Positions 53,416-64,000 of a stretch of 64,000 bases of DNA are shown one piece after another (the stretch's first letter is position 1; each line of letters begins with the position of its first letter). This DNA is from Eledone cirrhosa (lineage: Eukaryota): positions 94,364,001 to 94,428,000 of the forward strand of contig OZ024745.1 in assembly GCA_964016885.1 (NCBI GenBank). The letters run 5' to 3'. Under the pieces are notes generated by a model, which made no database searches, had not been told where the DNA came from, and saw only the letters and a program-made list of their open reading frames with translations. Made by a program: the position numbers and the translations under genes.

Positions 53416-53456
53416 ATCTCTTGTGACGGACAAAAACACAAGCATATTATATATTA

Positions 53457-53612
53457 GTGGATTGGCAGTATAGGTAGAGGGTCAAGCACCTTTACGGTTT
53501 GAGTTCAAATCCCACCGAGGTTAACTTTGCCTTTCATCCTTACGAGGTCAATAAAATAAAGTACCAGTAATGAACTGGGGTAATTGCTGGCCTTGTGCCA
53601 AAAGTAGAAACA
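53457..53612 (+). mobile_element. Internally deleted SINE copy
   Basis: Consensus match with a deletion between the A and B boxes. Confidence 0.85.
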
Positions 53613-54053
53613 ATTATATATTAGTAGATACTTGAGTCATTTTAAGCACTGTAGAATAGGAATGACAATACAAAAACAAAAACAAAACAAAGCAATACCT
53701 ACAAAATATAACAGAAACCATGAAATAATTAACAACAAATATATCTATAAAACATACATAAATACTCGATTTTTTAAAATAATATATAATAATTGAGATA
53801 TATATATTGAACGGAGAACACTTTATCACGTATATTAAGTATATACACTTATGTGACATATCACGCGTTTACATTTACTTTGCACGTTTTAATGCGCGTC
53901 AAAGTTACATTGAGCTGTACTGATGTTTAGCAATTGAAAATTGATAATTTTAGTTTTGCATAGATAACTTTTACAATTCCAGCTATGGAAGCACAACAGA
54001 AACACAAAATATATAATTTTATTAAAGGTTGTATCCTTGTCTATTCTGTTCTT

Positions 54054-57052
54054 ATATAGTATATTAACCTAATGTTATATAGCATATTAACCTAATGTTA
54101 TATAGCATATTAACCTAATGTTATATAGTCATATTAACCTAATGTTATATAGCATATTAACCTAATGTTATATAGTCCTATTAACCTAATGTTATATAGT
54201 CATATTAACCTAATGTTATATAGTCATATTAACCTAGTGTTATATAGCATATTAACCTAATGCTATATAGTCATATTAACCTAATGTTATATAGTCATAT
54301 TAACCTAATGTTATATAGCCATATTAACCTAATGTTATATAGTCATATTAACCTAATGTTATATAGCATATTAACCTAATGTTATATAGCCATATTAACC
54401 TAATGTTATATAGCCATATTAACCTAATGTTACATAGTCATATTAACCTAATGTTATATAGTCATATTAATCTAATGCTATATAGCCATATTAACCTAAT
54501 GTTATATAGCCATATTAACCTAATGTTATATAGTCATATTAACCTAATGCTATATAGCCATATTAACCTAATGTTATATAGTCATATTAACCTAATGTTA
54601 TATAGCCATATTAACCTAATGTTATATAGTCATATTAACCTAATGTTATATAGTCATATTAACCTAATGTTATATAGCCATATTAACCTAATATTATATA
54701 GACATATTAACCTAATGTTATATAGCATATTAACCTAATGTTATATAGTCCTATTAACCTAATGTTATATAGTCATATTAACCTAATGTTATATAGCCAT
54801 ATTAACCTAATGTTATATAGTCATATTAATCTAATGCTATATAGCCATATTAACCTAATGTTATATAGTCATATTAACCTAATGTTATATAGCCATATTT
54901 AACCTAATGTTATATAGCCATATTAACCTAATGTTATATAGCCATATTAACCTAATGTTATATAGCCATATTAACCTAATGTATTATAGTCATATTAACC
55001 TAATGTTATATAGCCATATTAACCTAATGTTATATAGCCATATTAACCTAATATTATATAGACATATTAACCTAATGTTATTTAGTCATATTAACCTAAT
55101 GTTATATAGTCATATTAAGCTAATGTTATATAGCCATATTAACCTAATGTTATATAGCCATATTAACCTAATGTTATATAGCCATATTAACCTAATGTTA
55201 TATAGTCATATTAACCTAATGTTATATAGTCATATTAACCTAATGTTATATAGCATATTAACCTAATGTTATATAGCATATTAACCTAATGTTATATAGC
55301 CATATTAACCTAATATTATATAGACATATTAACCTAATGTTATATAGTCATATTAACCTAATGTTATATAGTCATATTAAGCTAATGTTATATAGCATAT
55401 TAACCTAATGTTATATAGCATATTAACCTAATGTTATATAGCCATATTAACCTAATATTTTATAGACATATTAACCTAATGTTATATAGTAATATTAACC
55501 TAATGTTATATAGCCATATTAACCTAATGTTATATAGCCATATTAACCTAATGTTATATAGTCATATTAACCTAATGTTATATAGTCATATTAACCTAAT
55601 GTTATATAGCATATTAACCTAATGTTATATAGCATATTAACCTAATGTTATATAGCCATATTAACCTAATATTATATAGACATATTAACCTAATGTTATA
55701 TAGTCATATTAACCTAATGTTATATAGTCATATTAAGCTAATGTTATATAGCATATTAACCTAATGTTATATAGCCATATTAACCTAATGTTATATAGCC
55801 ATATTAATCTAATGTTATATAGTCATATTAACCTAATGTTATATAGCATATTAACCTAATGTTATATAGCCATATTAACCCAATGTTATATAGTCATATT
55901 AACCTAATGTTATATAGCCATATTAACCTAATGTTATATAGTCATATTAACCTAATGTTATATAGCCATAATAACCTAATGATATATAGCCATATTAACC
56001 TAATGTTATATAGTCATATTAACCTAATGTTATATAGCCATATTAACCTAATTTTATATAGCCATATTAACCTAATGTTATATAGCCATATTAACCTAAT
56101 GTTATATAGCCATATTAACCTAATGTTATATAGTCATATTAACCTAATGTTATATAGTCATATTAACCTAATGTTATATAGCATATTAACCTAATGTTAT
56201 ATAGCATATTAACCTAATGTTATATAGCCATATTAACCTAATATTATATAGACATATTAACCTAATGTTATATAGTCATATTAACCTAATGTTATATAGT
56301 CATATTAAGCTAATGTTATATAGCATATTAACCTAATGTTATATAGCATATTAACCTAATGTTATATAGCCATATTAACCTAATATTTTATAGACATATT
56401 AACCTAATGTTATATAGTAATATTAACCTAATGTTATATAGTAATATTAACCTAATGTTATATAGCCATATTAACCTAATGTTATATAGCCATATTAACC
56501 TAATGTTATATAGTCATATTAACCTAATGTTATATAGTCATATTAACCTAATGTTATATAGCATATTAACCTAATGTTATATAGCATATTAACCTAATGT
56601 TATATAGCCATATTAACCTAATATTATATAGACATATTAACCTAATGTTATATAGTCATATTAACCTAATGTTATATAGTCATATTAAACTAATGTTATA
56701 TAGCATATTAACCTAATGTTATATAGCCATATTAACCTAATGTTATATAGCCATATTAATCTAATGTTATATAGTCATATTAACCTAATGTTATATAGCA
56801 TATTAACCTAATGTTATATAGCCATATTAACCCAATGTTATATAGTCATATTAACCTAATGTTATATAGCCATATTAACCTAATGTTATATAGTCATATT
56901 AACCTAATGTTATATAGCCATAATAACCTAATGATATATAGCCATATTAACCTAATGTTATATAGTCATATTAACCTAATGTTATATAGCCATATTAACC
57001 TAATTTTATATAGCCATATTAACCTAATGTTATATAGCCATATTAACCTAAT
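54054..57052. repeat. 24-bp satellite (ttatatag(c/t)catattaacctaatg), ~125 units
   Basis: Direct tandem array with 23-bp variants. The MLYSHINL ORFs are artefacts. Confidence 0.97.
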
Positions 57053-57121
57053 AAAAGATTTATTTGGTGTGTAATTCGGCGAGGAAAAATTAGCTTCTAC
57101 ATCCAGCAAATCCAGACTTAA

Positions 57122-57342
57122 CCCTTTAGCATTTAAACCTTCTATATCCGGCCAGAATTCTCTCACCTATTTCTGTTCAAACCAGCAGTAATCGGCCACT
57201 AATACTGATGTTAAGCTATTTTTCTCAAAATAAATAACATCAAAATCTCATATCTTCGATATTATGTGATATAATTATGTGAGGAAAAGCCTTTACCATG
57301 AAAATACAATAGTAAATATAGAGTAATGTAAATGCTAAAGGG
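57122..57342. mobile_element. piggyBac-type MITE
   Basis: TTAA|ccctttagcattta...taaatgctaaaggg|TTAA. Confidence 0.9.
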
Positions 57343-58089
57343 TTAAAATATGCTGAGTGACCTATTGACACATTTTGGATGTCACTTAAAGAACACCAGT
57401 CTTCACGAAGTAAAACATTTTATCCATTTTCATTTAGTTTTACACATATTTATAGGAATCGGGAATTTCTTCATTCACTGATATTAAATACAAAACTAGA
57501 GAACGATTACATTCCATTTAAGATCATATATATATACTTATATTAAAGCGCGCCACAAACTTTAATAAAAAGAAAAAATGCGAACCACTTAGCTATGACA
57601 CCATAAAGCTGAATTTTCTTCAGATATGAACATAATCAATTTCTTCCAAACTAAAAGATGAGAGTGATAGAGGAAGTAAGATATAGAAACGTATAAAGAA
57701 AGAATCGAACGTAGTACTGAACTGATACTTTTTTATCGACCACTCTATAACAGTTAACATTGCATCTCTATAATCAGCACTTTTATCTGCTGTAGGCAAG
57801 GTTAGATTCTGCTCCCCACCCCCGGAAAATATCAATTTTATAATTTATAAACAATAAATTAAAAAAAGAGTTTTTCAACATTTAAGCACAGACCAAAGGT
57901 AATTTAAAAAAAATTACCCCTGTGCTCAAGTGTCCGGACACTATCTTATTTTTAAAATTCAGAAAAGAATAAACAAAAGATATAGATTAGTGATGAACTA
58001 ACAGCATAATGGACAGTTGAAGAGACGCTCAATACTAATACACTTGAAACCAAATTTGGGTGAGGGATAAATGCAGAAAGAAAAACAAT

Positions 58090-59335
58090 TAAAAATCTCA
58101 TTTTGTGTGCCTTTTTCTCGGCAAAGTTTTTAACCAATTCAGCTAAATCAAGTGATGAAGCCTGAGCATGTTCAATTGATATAGTTGCCAAGCCAACTAG
58201 TCTCTCTTGCAGCATTGTAGAGTGAATGTAAGATTTTATAAGCTTGAGCTTTGAGAAACTACATTCACCACTTGCCACTGATACTGGAAGTGTGAGAAGG
58301 ATCCTCAATGCAATAGCAACATTAGGAAAATTATCCAAAGGTTTTTGTTGGAGTGTGAAAAGAAGTACTTCTTTTGGTGGTATAGAATTTGGGAGTCTTC
58401 GAGTTATGGCTAAAAACTCACAACATAGATCATCAACATCAATATCTTTGTTTCCTTTATGCATCAAAGATTTTTCCAAATTCTTGCAGTCCTTAAGTAT
58501 ATCATCGGTACATTCTTTACATTGTATATATTATACAAGAAGCCAAAGCTTATAATGTAGCTGTAGGAATCTCTCATCAATCGATTGTATGGCCATATCT
58601 AGAACTTCTTAGTAAAAACTTACTTTAAATTTCTGTTTTGGATTTTGTGTTGCCTCTTCTTGGGCCTCATATTCAAAATACCATTTCTTTCTCCTTGTTC
58701 TAATATGATGTGTTTCAAAGTCTGGTACTATCTCGAGTTCATTTGCAATTTCAGCAGCATCAACCAAAACTTTTTGAAATCCCTCTTCAGACCTGCAATC
58801 CCCAATATATTTCTTACTTGTCTGCAACTGTCTTGTAGCATATAACTATTTCTCTTGATGAAGAGAAGTAGTTATAGATCCGTCCAACAATATTAAAAAA
58901 AGTAGTTGCTTCAAGACAACACCTAACAGTATCACTGACTACCAAGTTTAAAAGCACGTGGGTTTATGTCTAGGATCCACTTTTGTACGCCATATTCTTT
59001 GCCTTTCATGCTACTTCCCACACATTTTCAATTGATAATCTAATTTGCCCAAGATGTTCAAGAAGAGTTTCTGTTATAAAGGTGCCTGTAGTTTCTTTTA
59101 GTGGAACAAATCCCAGGAAATGTTCTCGTATGATGACTTCAGACTCAGGTATCCTATTATCTGATGTTCTGATTATATCAACAAAACGGACAATCATTGT
59201 CATTTGCTCAATATGACTTACATCAAGTGTGCAATCCAGAATTATGGAATAGTATTTAGCAGAGTTTAGATGAATTAAAATTTCTTTTTTTATAGCATTG
59301 GCTAGAAGCTGCTTTAACTCATTTTGGAAATTTTT
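58090..59335 (-). pseudogene. Decayed hAT (Tip100/ZMYM1-like) transposase
   Basis: AKYYSIILDCTLDVSHIEQM..VRFV..EHFLGF, and the dimerisation domain FPNVAIALRILLTLPVSVASGECSFSKLKLIKSY..STM.QERL. Frameshifts and deletions are present. Confidence 0.9.
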
Positions 59336-59341
59336 CCACAT

Positions 59342-59451
<110 letters not shown>

Positions 59452-60524
59452 TATATAAACATATATATATACATGTCTTTATCCCCCCCCCCCATATATA
59501 TATATATAATATATATATTTAAACAGATAAGAAAGATTATATATTCTTACCTTCAAAGATTGTTTTAAAAACCTTTAAATAAACGAATGAAAATCGACGC
59601 AAGACAAACAAATAACCTCGCTTTATTTTGATCTTTGACCGTGCTGACATCTACCGGGTGCTGTAGTCATTGTTTGTCATTTCTCTTCTAGAAGACAATG
59701 TCTACCTTTCTATTCAAATTAAATGTTTATTTTTAAAATAAAATTTAGTGAGAAAAAAAGGGGGAAACAAAAAGAAAAAAAGAATAGGGAAATATAGAAA
59801 ATAAAAAGAGAGAAGAAAAAGAACGGAAAGGCAAGAGCTCTAGTGTCGCAGAAGAGAGGGGAGGAGGATTGGGCTTTGGGCTTAAGGCAACAGGGTAGAA
59901 GTGCTAAAAATAACTATCTTCTGGTAATCCTTCTGGGTTGAAAGTTCAGCATCAACTGTGTATTTAACCAAACGAACATCAATATAAAAATAAAGATTGG
60001 TGCTCTGAAATAGCGATGTATACATATTTGGCAATATACCGTATGTTTAATTAAAAACATTTTGAAGACCTTGCGCTTTCATTTTAAGGTAGTGACTATG
60101 TCACTTACTTCTTTTATCGGCAAAGGAAGGGAGAGAAGCTGACAGATTCTGTTTCACACTGTTGGTGTTCCTCAGAGCAACGTACTCCCCGCCTCTGCCG
60201 AAAATTATAGAGGCTGGATTCTTATAGAAATTTAAAAAACACACACATACAACAACAACAATAACCACAACATCAACAACAACAAAAACAACAAGAACAA
60301 TCGCAACAACAACAAATTCAACTAGAAGCAGTCACTCCTTAATCCCAGCACAGTTGAAGATTGTGTTGTTTACAGAAAGAGGTCGCTGCGAGCAGTTACT
60401 AAACAATATCGGGAAAATAAAGTTATTTCTACTTGGGATTATCATCAAACAAAACCACAGCAAAGCGATTATCTGCCTATTGAAATATGACAAGTAACCG
60501 AATTCAACTAACATATTCTTCTCT

Positions 60525-60716
60525 CCCCACAGCCCCGGCCGACAGAATGGAGAAGACGTTTCCCCGGAGGACGGCAAGGGAGACGTGCTGGAAAAGCCAC
60601 TCCAACTCGCGGGGCTCACACCTGTGACTGGCCAGCTCAGCGCCTATGGTGGTGAGTAGGGAGGTAGCCCTAGGGCCGAGGACACCAGAAGTCCCCATTG
60701 GTGACATGATCAGCAA
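60525..60716 (-). mobile_element. CRE-clade non-LTR C-terminal fragment
   Basis: TSGVLGPRA..L..IG..L....EPRELEWLFQHVSLAVLRGN. Confidence 0.7.
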
Positions 60717-60802
60717 TTCTTCACACTCCGATGACCTTAGTCCACCACTTCTCTGAATTTTTAAAGAGTCATAGTCGCTACTATTACTACTCCTCTCATC
60801 CC

Positions 60803-60856
<54 letters not shown>

Positions 60857-60902
60857 TGTTTGTCTGTATGACTGTCTGTAAGCGTCATTATATCATTTTG
60901 GC

Positions 60903-61092
60903 AGGGCGGTGGATTGACAGCATCGGTAGAGGGCCGGACGTCATGCTTTCCAGCATAGAGTTACGTCCCTTTACAGACTGAGTTCAAATTACGCCGAGGT
61001 TAACTTTGCCTTTCATCCTTACGGGATCGATAAAATAAAGTACCAGTAATGTACTGGTTTATTGCTGGCCTTGTGCCGAAAGTAGAAACAAT
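60903..61092 (+). mobile_element. SINE copy
   Basis: Consensus match. Confidence 0.9.
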
Positions 61093-61356
61093 TATTTTTG
61101 CAATCCCATGTTGAGAAAAATTGTTGAATTTTCCGCAGTAAGGACAGGAAATACTATTTGTTTAAGGGGACATAAGTTATTTGCTTTCTGTCGTGTTTCT
61201 CCCGCCGTCCCTATTTTCTCTACCGACTCCCCCCTTAAGCCCCAGCGCCCTCTGGACCTTATCAACGCCCTGTATAAACCAGGATTAAAAAAACGATCCT
61301 GAGTAGAACTGAAATTTATTTATTTATTTTTCAAAATTGTTTTTGATTTGGAGAAA

Positions 61357-61421
61357 TGCGCCCCATGAAATCAGCGCCCTATACGGCTGCCTAGTTTGCC
61401 TATATGGTAGCGCCGGCCCTG
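61357..61421 (-). mobile_element. hAT-type terminus
   Basis: Minus strand cagggccggcgctaccatataggcaaactaggc..gggcgc is typical of a Tip100-like end. The partner end was not found. Confidence 0.6.
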
Positions 61422-61693
61422 GTTGTAGGGCTGGTAAAGGATGAGGATTTCAGATAGACACTCCTGATTTCGTTTAGATAAGAGAAGTTGCTGTATCTCT
61501 TCCTCTATTTTTAATCTCTTTTACTGAAGTAATAAATCTATGATTTAAATTATTGATTTTACACATTGGCAGAGCTCTACAGAATTTAAGATAAGAACAT
61601 TGTTGATTGAATAAACCTTGGGACATACTTACACACACACACACACACTATACAGACACACCATACACACACATCACACACATCACACACAGA

Positions 61694-61827
<134 letters not shown>

Positions 61828-62586
61828 ACGCTTCATATACATGCATGACGCTTCATGTTATCCAGCGGTTCTGCTAGTAAGTTAACTCAGTGCAAGTTAT
61901 TGAATGGTTGAGTCATCGGTGACTTAACTGAAAATCCTTTTAAGTCTACTTGGTAAGGAAGGTAATTCTTGTACACCCTGAAATGTAAAACCCATCAATG
62001 GGCGAACGAATTCCACTGTGTGTATATGCTAGAGCCTACATATTTATTTAAATATGCATGAGAGAAGATAACATACTTAAAACCTGAAGATTGTAGTCTA
62101 TAGCCATCATGCTTTGCTTTTGCTTGTTGTTTGTTTAACTGTTTTAAACAATCAAAGATTGGCTCTCGTATCTCACTTGTATCTTGTATCTCGTTTGCCA
62201 GTATAAAATACGATGTGTAAATACTTTAGGACTTGGGCTTCTTGGAATCACAAACAGACAGAGGACATTCCGTAGCAGCAATCGGTGTATCTATCACGTG
62301 AATCTGCAACAATAAAATACCACCAGTTCCGTAATTCCTTCACTTGTGAAAGCCCACGGAAGGTGTAACATAGTTGGAAGTAGTCACGATTTTCAGGTCG
62401 TTTGTGCTGTTGTATCATACTTTGATGGGTTGGAGTGTCTCGAAGGAGGAGTCTTGGTCTTGACATGTTGATGTATGTCTTCATTTACCTTGAGAACACA
62501 TATACGGTAATTATAAACATTTAGACACCTTGAATCATTCATCAATAATCTTAAACATTGTTCAAATAGGTAATGCATTCTAAATA

Positions 62587-62772
62587 CGTAAAATTCCGTT
62601 ATAACGAATACCATTATAACGAATTTTTCAGTATAACGAAATCTTTTTCAATCCCCGGGGTAATAAGAAACAAACACTCGATCGGTTTCGGTCGATCTCG
62701 TTATAAATAACTTTTCATTACAACGAATTTTTTTTTATATCCGGTGAATCTCGTTATAACGGAATTTCACTG
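62587..62772. mobile_element. Tigger/pogo-type MITE
   Basis: TIR aaattccgttataacg / cgttataacggaatttcactg|TA with internal ttataacg repeats. Confidence 0.8.
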
Positions 62773-63109
62773 TAGTAATATGTCTCCAAAAGTTGCTTTA
62801 TTTGGAGGAATGGTTTTACGTATCAATGTAATACCTTGAAAATAACAAGAACGACTATAAGAAGAACTAGAAAGCCGAGAGTTACAAGTACTTTTGTGTG
62901 GAATTAAAAACAAAGTAATGGATTCGACATGTTCGACTAAGTGACTCTAATAGAGACAGGCAATATTAAAATACAGATAAAAATCTATCCATATGGTAGT
63001 TTTAATTCCTAATTGAAGACAATTCATATCTTAATGCATTAAGGAAATATAAAATGTGTCAAAATTTATCGTTGAAAATATCAGATTTATTTTTATTATT
63101 GGTGGGTTG

Positions 63110-63925
63110 GAGGACGGTGGATTGGCAGTATTGGTAGAGATCGGAGATCATGCTTTGCAGCATAGAGTTACGGCCCTTTACAGTGTGAGTTCAAATACCA
63201 CCGAAGTTAACTTTGCCTTTCATCCTTACGGGGTCGATAAAATAATAGCGTACTGGGGTCGATTTAATCGACTTTCCCCTCCCCTAAATTACTGGCATTG
63301 TGCCTATACTAGAAATCATTATTGGTGAATTGGCAGAATCGGTAGAGGGTCGGACGCCATGCTTAGCAGCATAGAGTTACGGCCCTTTACGATCTGAGTT
63401 CAAATCCCACCGAGGTTAACTTTGCCTTTCATCCTTACAGGGTCGATAAAATAATAGCGTACTGGGGTCGATTTAATCGACTTTCCCCTCCCCAAAATTA
63501 CTGGCATTGTGCCTATACTAGAAATCCTTATTGGTGAATTGGCAGAATCGGTAGAGGGTCGGACGCCATGCTTAGCAGCATAGAGTTACGGCCCTTTACG
63601 ATCTGAGTTCAAATCCCACCGAGGTTAACTTTGCCTTTCATCCTTACGGGGTCGATAAAATAATAGCGTACTGGGGTCGATTTAATCGACTTTCCCCTCC
63701 CCAAAATTACTGGCATTGTGCCTATACTAGAAATCCTTATTGGTGAATTGGCAGAATCGGTAGAGGGTCGGACGCCATGCTTAGCAGCATAGAGTTACGG
63801 CCCTTTACGATCTGAGTTCAAATCCCACCGAGGTTAACTTTGCCTTTCATCCTTTCGGGGTCGATAAAATAAAGCATCAGTAATGCACTAGGGTAATTGC
63901 TGGCCTTGAGCCAAAAGTAGAAACA
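63110..63925 (+). mobile_element. Four tandem SINE copies, period 209 bp
   Basis: attggtgaattggcagaatcgg occurs at 63321, 63530 and 63739. Confidence 0.93.
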
Positions 63926-64000
63926 ATTATTATTAAACCTTATTTTATTTATTTATGCCTCTAAAGTCAGCCATTTTAAACAGTCAAGCAGATACTGAGT

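Noticed and set aside
53041-57052. CRISPR-like arrays or a repeat protein (MLYSHINL)
   Set aside because: There are no unique spacers, the context is eukaryotic, and the frame is broken by 23-bp units.
62248-62614. Possible host exon(s) on the minus strand
   Set aside because: Splice-like sites exist, but there is no recognisable protein motif.

Overview
This is an AT-rich, microsatellite-laden animal genomic region, most consistent with an octopus-type cephalopod judging by the dominant tRNA-derived SINE. I could not support any host protein-coding gene; the window is almost entirely mobile DNA. It contains two head-to-tail, disrupted L1/Tx1-clade LINEs (2.6-13.6 kb) and a third fragment, four Penelope-like element (PLE) remnants (two of them Naiad-like), a Tc1 IR/DR transposon, a Chapaev3-like transposon with TAA target-site duplication (TSD), and a decayed hAT. 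It also holds several MITEs, RTE and CRE fragments, more than 25 SINE copies, an intron-containing tRNA-Tyr pseudogene, a 24-bp satellite and a 29-bp minisatellite. The strongest hidden signal is about 15 type I hammerhead ribozyme (HHR) motifs from several families, most of them sitting beside (TA)n tracts and inside or next to fold-back inverted repeats. One is a fully paired HHR between direct repeats spaced 471 bp apart (retrozyme/circRNA-like). Seven belong to a family with a covarying stem II and a fixed C-C/C-U mismatch. All calls were made by eye, so boundaries are approximate.
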